From Collodictyon triciliatum (Eukaryota): a stretch of 32,103 bases of DNA. The stretch spans positions 1-32,103 of the forward strand of contig JBHJMP010000050.1 of the NCBI GenBank assembly GCA_043381765.1, read 5' to 3'. The stretch's first letter is position 1. Every line of letters begins with the position of its first letter. The position numbers and the translations under genes were made by a program. Shown one piece after another: positions 1-14,944 of this stretch. The notes under the pieces were generated by a model. The model saw only the letters and a program-made list of their open reading frames with translations. It made no database searches and had not been told where the DNA came from.

Positions 1-567
1 GGGGTGTGCTCCGTTGTCCGGCGAAGCACACCCAGTCTGCCCTGGATTGGGTATAACTGAGGGCACAGGAGGAGGGCTCAGGGAATGCGTGATACAGGGC
101 CGGAATCACACACACCTCGCACCCTGTGGGGTTCGAACCACGTTCGCGCAGGTCAGACGCTGTCCCATGCCAGCTGGACCACAACGTCTACCTGTCGAGA
201 AAAGATATTTGTATGATGTCATTCAGCCTGTTATCAGGAATGGGTGGCTGGTTGTTGAATCTTGCTTTGCATGAGTATAGGCGTGCTATCCACATAGTCC
301 ATAGAAAATGGCCTCGCGTCACTGCCCAGAATGTATTTACCTCTGGACACAGCTGTTGCAGAGACCCAAATATCGCCTGGATTGGACAAACAGCTGCAGC
401 CGTCTTGAGTGTCAGTCGAAGAATCTTACCGGCTGTTTCGCGCAGGTTTTGAGCGAAGGGACATTGCAAAAATATGTGGTCGATGGATTCATCACCGTTG
501 CTGCGAAGTGTGTATTGTCAGGAGACTTTGCCAGCTTTTGTCGCGCGTGTGCCTATCCATAGCTCCC
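1..567 (-). mobile_element. Decayed, 5'-truncated 3' end of an L1/Tx1-like non-LTR retrotransposon ORF2 (zf-RVT region and tail)
   Basis: Minus frame reads ELWIGTRATKAGKVS*QYTLRSNGDESIDHIFLQCPFAQNL...LWTMWIARLYSCKARFNN. ESIDHIFLQCP (490-458) and the WxxWxxR motif fit the C-terminal zinc-finger region of L1/Tx1 ORF2. The expected CxxC is YTLR (TAC and CGC are each one change from TGC). In-frame stops at 518-520 and 188-190. More GC-rich than the flank. Confidence 0.7.
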
Positions 568-3216
568 TATTAATGAGATGACATAAAGCAGCCAAAAACA
601 CTACCAAAACAAAATAAACGCAAACCAGAACATAAAAAATGTAAAAAAAGCAAATGATTCACTCTGTATGATATCGACCAAATAATATTTTGTGTTCTCT
701 TATGACTGTGGCATGTGAAAAAAGAGTGAACGAGTATGGGTCGTATGTTATGCCATCTCGCCTAGTAGTGTATATATCCAAAACAACAATTTGTCTTTTG
801 GTATGTGTCCAGCGATAGGTAGCATTAAGGGTGTACATTCAGTCGTGTGCTCCATCAAGACGGATTGAACACAGTTCTTTTATATTCATAAGTCTAAAGC
901 TTCTGGAAACACATACCATTTTATTTTTTTACTTTCTACTTTTTTGTATCATAAATCATTGTGTGCAACGCGACTGGGCAAATAACAATAAAGCAAAAAA
1001 AATAAGAATATTTTACTCTGCCTTTGCTTTGACACCCCAAAAAACACGTCTGATATGATTTTCTTCTTCGCTAATCACTTGTATTTCTTTTTTACTTTTG
1101 TCTTTATGTCACAGAGCCCATATTTGTTTGACGCTATAATCCATCCTTTTTTTCCTACCAGTGTATATTAATGCGCGTTTTTCATTCGATTTCTTTTCTG
1201 CTGTGTTATGCCGAGAAAGCAAACCGTGGAAATCGTTTTTAACCTGCGGGCATATAACCTTTCCACAAGCCAGTTTTGAATGATTTTATTATGTTTTTAT
1301 CTTGATTAATACAGATGTTGATATTTATGATGACAAATAGGCTAATAACTAAATATTGTTTTCAATATGTATAGACACAGTCACATGAAAATTTTTAATA
1401 GGCAGCCAACTTATATGACTTTTTGGAGGGTGCTTATTACATGGATAGGTTGGATTCTTCGTATCGAGGATTTTGTAGATGTATTAATGATTTACATTTC
1501 AGATATCCATTCGGACTTGAATACTGTATATAAGCAACATGTTACAATCAACATATCGATATACTTTATCATGAAAAATTAATCAAATATAATTAAAAAT
1601 TAAAAATTCTCGTAATAAACAATTTGAACAGGATATCGCCAATACTGTCAGTAACTCTTTATTATTATAAAATAAAAACATGATTACTTTCACAAGTATG
1701 CATGCGATAAAGAATGCCAACAGTGCAAGACTATCTTACATCTATGAGATATTAGTTGTAAAGTGATGAATCAGGTTATCGAGCAAGATTAATACATTAC
1801 GAACCAAATAAACACAGCATACATTTTTAATATATTCTTACAAAATATTTTTGATTTTATACCATAGCTAATGGATTGTTGGCTTTGTATATGCAATCAC
1901 CGCACGTTGAATAATCAAAATACAGTCCCTACGAGACTGCGATATCGATACTGTTGTTCACTTAAAAATTATTAATAAATCAATACTCCATGATACACGC
2001 TAACTGTAACGTTGACCACGAAGTCCAGACCACGGCGTAAAGGCTTGGCTTTGTAAATTATTATTTTTTCTCTTTTTAAAATTTTGTAACCCTCGATTGT
2101 TTGACCTGACATAGTAATATATTGTTTAATGCATTAAAAAAAAATCATACACAAAATCTATAAGATTATTGTGATACCAGAAAACTGATATAAATCAGCA
2201 AAAGAACGTTGGTAATTATGAGACCCTGGAGAGAAACCAAGCCGACATAAAAACCCGAGAGAGTTGTGTTACTCCCATATGATATTTCTTGGGACGCTAA
2301 TCTTACAAATAAATCGAAGAAATCAAAAGCATATGAAACCCATCTCATAAAGTACAAGCGTATATATCAAAAATGGAAAGATAAAACGTAAGATATAGTT
2401 ATCCAAACAAATAACAACTGTAAACAAAAAAATAAAAAAAATAGAGAATCCACCGAAATATCATCGCTAATGAAATACCTTGCACACGACATAAAACAAT
2501 AGACAAATTACTTCTTAAACATCCAGAATATTTTTCTGGTATAATTGCGAATAATTGTAAGATTGTACCAACCACAACATAACCAAATATAAAGAAAATA
2601 CCTGTTTTTGTTTTACCTTTCAATCCTTGCTCAACCGCACCACTTATTGTTGTTATATATCATAGTCTTTACTTAAATGACACTTGCGTTGAAGAATATA
2701 ATAAACGTCTGACATATACAGGTAATAAAAATCCTTGAAATTGTTTCTAAGTAACTGTTTTGTGAGTACTTTTATCGACCCGACAATTTTACCCACCCTT
2801 CTGTCAGTCTCGAACACAATATGAAACCGCGTTGGAGTTGTACCACGTCTGTTATAATAGTCTATGCGTGAGAACACTTTCTCTCTTTTCTATTTCAACA
2901 CCCATTTGTCTTTTCTTGCATCCCCATTCATCTGTTTCTGTCTATATTTCCTTTCTTCCCCCAAATCAAAACAAAAGAAAAGAAAAACTCCAACTACGCA
3001 AAGTTCAAGTTTTTCACTACCTCGTTCGCATCTCGTTTTTGTCCCAGAGGCGAAGGCAGCACCTCGGCTCTGTTTTCGGTTCGCAAACAGTTGAAATGAA
3101 ACCAAAAAATCCTATAAAAACAAAAGAAAACTTACGTGGACGCAGTATGCCTCAAAAGTAATGATGGTTTCGGTTGCTGGCAGTTTCATTCGGATAGCAC
3201 CTTAGACGTGACTGAC

Positions 3217-6347
<3,131 letters not shown>

Positions 6348-6635
6348 TGACACAGTCCAACTCGAAGATAAACGCCAACTTCATCCATTTGTCATAGCTT
6401 CTTAGAAAAAATATTTATTTTGTGGGAGTTTGTATCTAAACATATTCCCTTGTGCCCCAAACATCTATCGAGGTTCATAGAGTTAATCCATAATTCTGTT
6501 GACGGTCTGTTTTTTTTTTCTTTATCCAAGCAAGTAGAATCTGAAAGCTGAAAGCAATATATAAAATAATGATGATAATAAATCCCTTGACTTGCACACA
6601 GAAGAACTGGTGTGTCGAGGGTTTGCGCTTTTGCC

Positions 6636-6989
6636 TCAGTCGAGCTGGTACTTTGGGCAGGACGAATCCATCTGGCGAAACTTTTGCAGATGTGCGAGGC
6701 CGTTGCGGACTCCGCTGTAGAGTTCTTCAAGGCGCTTAGAGTCTGTCAAGCTTCTGTTTTCCCGGAACTCTGTACTCAAATAAAACAAAAGAAGGAAAGA
6801 AAGAAGGAAAGAAGGAAAGAAAAAAAGTAAGGTCAGCGACACAATATCTCCGTGCAAAGAAAGAAAGCCACTGAGATAACCTGCTTTGACGTCTTCAATC
6901 AGCCCATCCTTCTTGATGGACGGGTATGTCTTGAGCCCCTTCAGCAGGCCACGATACATATGCAAAACTTGCCGAGACGGAAGCGACAT
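6636..6989 (-). CDS. Small LYR-motif (Complex1_LYR-like) protein, probably mitochondrial, 2 exons, 80 aa
   Basis: Exons 6989-6881 and 6769-6636; 111-nt intron GTTATC...CAG. Spliced product MSLPSRQVLHMYRGLLKGLKTYPSIKKDGLIEDVKAEFRENRSLTDSKRLEELYSGVRNGLAHLQKF... has the VLxMYRxLLK and EFRENxxLTD signatures of LYR proteins. Confidence 0.85.
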   Translation of the reverse strand: MSLPSRQVLHMYRGLLKGLKTYPSIKKDGLIEDVKAGYLSGFLSLHGDIVSLTLLFFFPSFLLSFLLLFYLSTEFRENRSLTDSKRLEELYSGVRNGLAHLQKFRQMDSSCPKYQLD

Positions 6990-7350
6990 CTGCACAGGAA
7001 GGCTTTCGATCAGACTAAGGTGTCCGCCGAAGTGGAGAGGAGAAAGTGGGTCAGGAATGACAAACCCAGCCAGAAGAACAGAATGGTTTGCAGAAGTGCA
7101 CTGACTTCTTCTTTCTACTGTTTCCTCTCTTTTGCTTTGTTTTGTTTAGTGCGTGAGGCCAAAGCTTCTTCGCAATGATATCCATTATCATTTTTATATA
7201 TTGTGTTTATCGAGGCGGATTCTTGCGTCAGAAAACAAGAGCAAGAAGAGTGAAATGAGTTGAACCCAAAAAAAACTGGCGATAAGAACAAATCATTGAA
7301 CTGAAAGGAAGAAGAGAGCAAAAAGACGGGGAAAGGATAAGCTCCAATCC

Positions 7351-9476
7351 TCATCGCCCTTTTGCATCTTCGTCGTCTGTTGACACGGCCTCCACGTCAA
7401 ACTCCAATGGCGCATCGGGCAACGTACTCTGAGGATTTGCGCCAGCCTTTGCTGGGACCGGGACTCCACCAGGAAGAAACACACTGGACGTCGGTTTTGA
7501 CAGACTCGCCCAGAATTGCGTTAGGCTTCGAGTCGTTTGTCGTTGTGATGGTTGGTGCGGTGTTGTGCTTGTCTGCGTCACTGTGCTTGCAGGCTGGTTT
7601 GATTTTGTTGGGAGTGGAACGGAAGATGATGGGGGTGATGACGATGAGGAGGTTGGGAGAAGGCTCGTGTCGCTGAGCGTGCGCAGCTTTCGGGTCTCTT
7701 CAGGTGCAGAATATGATTTGGGGACTTGGTCGGCGCCTGGATGGTTGGGTGATGAGTGGGGTGTTTGAGAAGAATTCAGTCCTTTTGTTGGTGATTCTGT
7801 GGCGGTGACAATAGAGCCCTCGTTTCTTACTAAAATGTTTTGAAATATTTCATTTAAAATAAAATAAAATTGGTCAGAGAATCTGAATGAACTTATGATA
7901 GACTCGTACATAGTAATTAATTGAATCGTATGCACTAGCAAAATCACATCCTTTTAAATATCATGTAAATCTACAATATCTTTTTTTTTTTTACGCAAAA
8001 AGAACCCTATTGAAAAAAATGCACAGTTTATCTAATCATATGCGACTACCTGCTACAGCCGCGGAGGCACGATCTGTTTCGGATGGGTCCTGGTTAAACG
8101 TAGAAGATGTATCAAATATGACCTTGATTTATTTATTGAGCCGGTGGTGGACTTTATATGAGCCTTTAAAATACATCGCATCACAAAATACAGCATTTGC
8201 ATACCTGGTATATATCACGACTATTCTCAATAATAAAGGCAAGTATGCTTGCTCGCTTGTTGCTTTCAATCAACATTCGGTCCTATCATACATATGTTAT
8301 TGTAAATTTAATTTGACAAAAAAAAAAGGATGACATACCTCATGGTACGATAAGATGCTGCAATGCATTTGTTTGATGAAATATCATGTGACTTAGGCTA
8401 CATAAATTGGGGTGGAAAAACCTGATTCTCAACAGCTGGTCTTAGAATAACAGGTGCGAAAACCAAAGATATATTATCCGCTGCATAGTGATTGAGTGAC
8501 TTGGTTGTGGTTTTTTTTTTTAAAAAAAAAAAAAAGAATAACGACAGTGATATTTGAATTATCGTGAATAAAGCCTAAGAGAATCCGAAAAGTTGTATAG
8601 ATATCAAATCAGAATCATGATATTTTTTATTTTATTTTTTTTTGCACAAACCATTCATTTTATTTTCGTTTGCGCAGCCATGAACTTTAATAAAAAGACG
8701 AAGTAATTTCTGAAACACCAGTTTGCTGACTTTGGGTAGCAGGCTTAAGTAGAGTCTCAATTTGGTTACTTTTTCCTTCGTAGTCTTCAATTCTGGATAT
8801 TTTATTGTTCCAATCGTAATAAATAGTTGAATTTGAAAAATAAGTTGATATAATTATATATTGATGTAAAAAAATTAAGCAATACTGATAGTTAAATGTC
8901 AATCGTGGAAGAGTGTATGTATACACCATTTGTTATGTATGAAGGCTAATCGATAAATAAACGGACTCACCATCACAGCCAACAATTGAGTCGTAGAGTT
9001 CAAAAGTGAGTATCGGATTGGGCAGTTCTCTGAGATATAGTTTCAAAAGGCCAGCCACGTTATGAGGGTCGGTTTGCTGATCAAATACCAAAGCTGACCC
9101 TTTATAAAGAAAGAGTGGTATAGTGTATTCAAAACGTGTTCTTCTTTGTTTTGGACTGTGCATGCAGTTGATTGGAATATGATACTGACGGATTTTTTTT
9201 ATTTTTTTTTTAGTGATCAACTGCGTTTACGTGGTGTATAATAGGGTAAATATTTTAATATATGATTCAAATCATGAATGTCTTAAATTAACAACCTTCT
9301 CCTTGGTCAAACTTCATTTTCATTTCGTCTATTTCTTTCTGGTTGCCTGATACTCTGAAAAGCCCTTCTGTTTTGGATGCTTAATGCATATAATGCCATT
9401 TTAGATAAACATTTTTTAAAATCCTTGAATTTCAAAGTTGAGAAACTGAGAAAAAAAGAAATTTATTTATAAACAT

Positions 9477-9532
<56 letters not shown>

Positions 9533-11261
9533 ACTGTTCTGATTCAAAAGAAAAAAAAGCTTACTTTTCTTCAGGAATGAGACACATTTTTGAACAACCA
9601 GTGGAACAGGGCATCCAGCGTTGCTTTCTTGGCTCACAACTTCATTCAAAGAGGCGCCAAAAACCCGGCTGATTCGGTTTTCTTCGAGAGTTGTAGTCAT
9701 CAAATAACGATATTTTTGAATCTTCATTGACGGAGTAACGTCCAATTTCTAAATTATGTTACATTGTCAGAGAAAGCATATAAATTCAGCTTTGATGAAT
9801 ACTGAGAAAAATTCAAACCCATATTGTGATTAAAATCTATATAGAAAATTATAAGACTTACGCTTTGAGTGATTTCACTCAATTTTGCGAGTTCTGTTTC
9901 TAATGACTTGAATAAAGCCAATCCTTGCTGAAAATACATTCTATGCAGTGTTGCGATGTGGGCCACATGTTGGGTGAAAGTAACCTGGCCGAGTTGTGAA
10001 GAATATACAAACATAAATATAGACAAACAGATAAGAGATTATTGGCAGTATTTTCTGCTGGAGGCTTTTTCTATTTATCACCTCGACTTTGGGAATCACA
10101 GTGTTTAATATTTCCACAGCATTTTCAGATGAGATTGTTCCATCCATGACGGGTTTCTAGAAGAATTCATAAATCGTCATAGTAAATGTATGTGGTTTGA
10201 TAAAGCGAGTGACTTGAATGAAAGCTTATTCATACTGGTATTATTGAAATCAACTGCAAACGAACCAGTTGATCCTTTAAGTTTGCAGATATTTCTGACA
10301 ATACGGGAATGTCCTCAGTATGAACCGTTCGAGCCTTTGTAGATTTAATATTATATTCGTTAAAATAAAACATGTATACTTTCATTACGTCAAAAAATAG
10401 AAGATGTGGTGGTGTTATCTCGCTATTCATATAATGTAGAAAATACATGATTAAATATCTGAAAATAAATGTTGTGTCTGTAAGAGAAAATTATAACCAA
10501 ATGGTTTATCCAGCATACCAAGTTCTTTTCGTTAGCATCGAGCATCTGAAGAAGCCCTCCAAACTTGCAGAACAGATTTCCTGATTTTGTGATAGTTTAG
10601 ATTTTATGTAAGAATATACGGAAGAAGAAAGAACAAGAATGTTGTATTGTAAAACTGACTCGTGTGGAGCATTAATTTTACATCTTTTATCTTGAACAAA
10701 GGATACATATGGATGATTTTTCCTACTGACCCATCGCTGTGTCTCGTTGAAACATTCCGATTTGGACCAGAGAGTCGCTTAATAATCTGCAGGACTCGTG
10801 AAACTCACCTTTCACAAAAAAAAATATTATTGTCATTATTTTAAGAAATACACAATTTAGCCATAATTGAAATATCGAACATGGTATACTGTCAATCAAA
10901 CCCATACTATGGATTTTGAAAATATCCACGTGTCTAAATTATGTAAGAAAAAAAGGGTACTTGGCTTCGGTTTGTAGTAGTTGCTCGCCTGATTAACGAC
11001 ATCCCCGTGGAGTTTCACAAGATTTCCAGCTGTCTGTGATCATATTTTCGGTATGATTCAGGATGAGTAATGATATTTTTGTGAGGGTTTTTTCTTTATT
11101 GTTTCTACCAATTATGGAGGCTTTGCTCGAAACACTTGCATGAAAACCATCACAAAATTCTTGGCATCACACACGTACAGAACAAAAATCCTTCCCACCT
11201 GCTGAAAGTCAACATATGCCTCGCTTCCGTACGCTTTTTCTCTGCCACTTGTGCGATTCAT
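7351..11261 (-). CDS. Rho GTPase-activating protein with N-terminal BAR-like helical domain and Ser/Thr/Pro-rich tail, 15 coding exons
   Basis: Phase-consistent GT-AG model from ATG at 11261 (MNRTSGREKAYGSEAY...) to TGA at 7351. RhoGAP motifs VFGASL, VPLVVQKCV, EGLFRVSG (arginine finger), DPHNVAGLLKLYLRELPNPILTFELY, NKMNADNISLVFAP. N-terminus is BAR-like (LSDSLVQIG...MGNLFCKFG; HRMYFQQGLALFKSLETEL). The BAR call is weaker than the RhoGAP call. Confidence 0.9.
9477..9532. repeat. (CAT)n microsatellite in a RhoGAP intron
   Basis: About 18 triplets; source of the poly-Met tail of ORF 9467-9745. Confidence 0.95.
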
Positions 11262-11340
11262 CCCTCTTGTTCGATCAATTGTGCCCTCAATGTGTTCTTT
11301 ATATTACTTCTGTAGTTAGAAACCTGGCTTTGAAACAAAA

Positions 11341-11720
11341 GGCAAACATATCAATGCAAAAAAGAAACAGACAAAAAAAAATAAAAGGACAAAAAAAAAT
11401 AAAGAGACAAAAAAACAGAAACAAAAAACAAGAACAAAAAGAACAAAAAGAACTTGAATCTAAAGCAAATAGACAAAACGGCTTGGTGCTAGGCCTGCTC
11501 TGTTCTGTTGATCACATCACCAAGGAAAGGAGAAAAGAAAGAGGGAAATATCTGGGACACAACCATATGCCCCCACCCGACGACGAGAATAGACTGGGAC
11601 CGAGCAGTGCGTCATATGTCTTGCTCTTGTGTTCTGTAAGTCTGTGTTTTGCTTTGTTTTGCTTTGTTTTGGTTTGCTTTGCTTTGTTTTGTCTTGTTCT
11701 GTTCTTGTTCTGTTCTGTTT
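11341..11720. repeat. Low-complexity A-rich (11341-11450) and TTTTG/TTCTG (11645-11720) tracts upstream of the RhoGAP start; probably includes a 5'UTR intron
   Basis: Read directly. On the minus strand a long T-rich tract precedes a CAG acceptor near 11324. Confidence 0.55.
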
Positions 11721-12030
11721 TGACAGGTTGCACGCAACAATATATGACGAAGTCAAAATACGCAAATGAAATATGCGTTCATGCATGCCTAATACGGCGA
11801 AGCAACCACAAGTTCTTTTTCCCTTTCGCTCTGGTGCTGTCTTCTCTCTCGTATGTTTCTTTTCATCGCCTTGGGCGGGAGTTTTTAGGGTTTATTCTTT
11901 CTTGTTGGTCGCGTACGTCGTCTGCAGAGAAGTTTTCACGTGCATGGAAAGTGCCTCGGTAGAATAAAAATGACGCAATAGGCACACTGCTTCACGGCAT
12001 ATTTTCTCTCTTTCCCATTGCAACAGAACG

Positions 12031-14390
12031 TTACTGGAGAAGTGCCTCGACAACAGACTTGACGTTAAGCTTCTTCAGGTCGGTGTATGTCTGCAAATCA
12101 TCAAAATTAGAGTGAGGAATCGGCAAATCAAAAGGATTGGTTGGTATATAGGTGCTTGGACGTCGAAATCCTTACTTGTCCTGTACCAACAAACAAGACG
12201 GGATGTCCAGTGGAATAGACCATGGAAATGGCTGCGCCAACCTGATTTGTCCAAGCATTGTTTGTTTGTTTACTTACATATAAATCGATTATATTCATAG
12301 ACCTCTTCCCTATCTTTTACTGGCTTTGGAAGGATTTGATAATCAAGAAAAAAAAATCAAGAAAATTAAAGGGAGAGTATATACCTTGTCGTCGATTGTA
12401 TCAAACTTTGTGAGAAGAATTCCATCAATCAAGCGAGGGTTTGTCGACACTGGCGAAAAGTCACCCATGGCTTTGTTGAACTTGACCAGCTGATCAACGC
12501 CATCGTTTCCAACCAGAGCCTCACCGACAAACATCACAAGGTCAGGGTTATTTTCATGCACAAGCTGAATAGAAAAAAAAAAGATGAAATAGGAGTCATT
12601 CATATTGTTATAAATTATTTTAGAATAGATTATGAAATGCTCTCACTTTGGCTTAACTTAAATAGTGAAAAATATGCGGTGCAATATCTCAATCAGTAAC
12701 AAAAAAAAAAAAAATTACACAGGATTAATTATTTACTTTCGCCAAAGCCCTCATCAGAGGCTCGTTATCTTGCATGCGACCAGCTGTGTCGATTAAAACT
12801 ACATCTTTTCTATTCGTTCGGGCTACATTTCCAGCAGCATCAAAACAAGAAATTTCATAAAAGGTAACAGAGTCAGCAAGCACTGAGATAGCACATTCGA
12901 ATACAAACACATAGTCCACACCATTAGAACAAAGCATAACACAGGGGAGAATCATGGAAATCATGGAAATCATGGAAATCATATGATATTCTTAAAATGC
13001 ATTAAATGAAAAGAGTAAGACAAAATGTAGTAGAAAAAATTAGAGGCTCTAAACACACCAAAATTGACTGCAGCAGAGGCAACTGCAGAGGGGTCTTTTG
13101 CATATCCCTGCTCGTAGATATCCACGCCGAGACAGCGGGCGTGTGTGCGAAGCTGCTCAACTGCCCCAGAGCGGAATGTGTCGCAAGCAGCAAACATGAC
13201 GGACAACTGCTGGTCCAGCAGCCACTTGCATACTTTCGCCAGGTTGGTCGACTTCCCGACTCCGTTCACACCGCAAAAGACAATCGTGTATGGCCGACCC
13301 TGAGCCTTTGCTTCTTGGACTTGACGCAGGACATCAACAGACTTGTTGGGCGTAAGAATGCGGCTGAGGGACTCAAACATCGCTTGCTTGACGGCATATT
13401 CGACACCTTATTTAAAAAAGTAGATAAAAATAACATAAAAAATAAAAAGTCAGACTAATTCCATCACTATGAGAATAATAAAGTATTTTACAAAACTTTA
13501 CAGATAAATAAAAAAGTATTCATATTGATTTCCAAAGAGAGGAAATGGTCCGTGATGTGTCGTAAATATTACAAATGGATGTACTCGTTATATCGCGATT
13601 CAATTGCCCAAAAGAATCCGGCATAATTACCTGTAAAAGAGGCCAACGTTTTTCCAATCAAGTTGAGCATTACCGATTCACATATTTTCTGCGCAATTTC
13701 TTCGCCTACATTCTTAGAAACTAGATGGTCCTTGAGTTTCTCCAAAGGCACCTCAAGATCGACTCTTTCGAGAGGCTATTATATAGCTTAAAGTTTTCAT
13801 TGCGCCATAGAATGGTTTGGGAAAAGAACACAAAGTATTAAGATACAGGGAAACAATTGCCATACTAGCATGTGGGTTATGTCATTATTTTCTTCGCAAA
13901 GACAAGGAATAGCACCGTTCTACCTTTGTGCCGGTTACCGCCTTAAGCCACGAAAATAGTCTCGTCGACGTACCTATAATGGTGTTTAAAATTTTAGAGA
14001 TGAAAACCAATCGGATATGATTCATTTGACGTCTGAAAAAAATGAATTCTATACATCTAAATACATACCGGTGGGTTTTTCAGGGGTAGAGTTTACTTTG
14101 GTTACTTTATTGAGTTCTTCAGAATAATCAGTTTCGTCGCCGAGGTCAATTTTTCTTGAGACACCCAAATTAGCACGAGAGTCCTCGATCTGTTGAATGT
14201 TGAAAAACAGTGTGAATTTCAAAATGTCGCATTAAATATATAAAGTATGTATTATTGAGATGATTTGTGTTCAATGCCCAAATTGTGACAGTTTTTTTTT
14301 ATGGGCTGATGTATAACGGCGTTTAATTTTGTTTACTTTCTTACCCTATTGTTGAATTCAACTGAAACATCATAAGAACATGCAAAGTCC

Positions 14391-14485
<95 letters not shown>

Positions 14486-14861
14486 AAACAACAACAAAAA
14501 CAACAACAAAAACAACAACAAAAACAAAAACAAAAACAACAAAAATAACAACAACAAAAACAACAAAAACAAAAACAAAAACAAAAACAGAAACAAAAAC
14601 AACAAAAACAAAAACAGAAACAAAAACAACAAAAACAACAAAAACAAAAACAGAAACAAAAACAAAAACAGAAACAAAAATAAAAACAACAAAAACAACA
14701 ACAACAGAGACAAAAGCAGAAACAAAAAAAAAACAAAAAAAAAAAAAACAACAAAAAAAANNNNNNNNNNNNNNNNNNNNNNNNNNNNNNNNNNNNNNNN
14801 NNNNNNNNNNNNNNNNNNNNNNNNNNNNNNNNNNNNNNNNNNNNNNNNNNNNNNNNNNNNC

Positions 14862-14944
<83 letters not shown>

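Noticed and set aside
118-145. tRNA T-arm / Pol III B-box-like GGTTCGAACC
   Set aside because: No matching acceptor stem, D-arm or anticodon arm on either strand; lies within the LINE remnant.
2166-2877. Three hydrophobic minus-strand ORFs suggesting a membrane protein
   Set aside because: Could not be spliced into a coherent model; no motif; hydrophobicity follows from T-richness.
6552-6638. Possible UGA read-through or selenocysteine at the end of the LYR gene
   Set aside because: The protein is already of normal LYR length, no SECIS was recognised, and other genes here use TGA as a stop.
8398-8421. Apparent 24-nt GT-AG micro-intron in the RhoGAP gene
   Set aside because: The same donor joins in phase to the exon starting near 8282 (DRMLIESNK...), restoring a normal RhoGAP end.
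11199-11323. Frame with internal TGA (VSNYRS...EG*IAQV) suggesting a variant genetic code
   Set aside because: The alternative frame from ATG 11261 splices in phase with the next exon; no recoding is needed in any gene.
11216-11962. 248-aa plus-strand ORF
   Set aside because: Built from low-complexity repeats and antisense to the RhoGAP 5' region.
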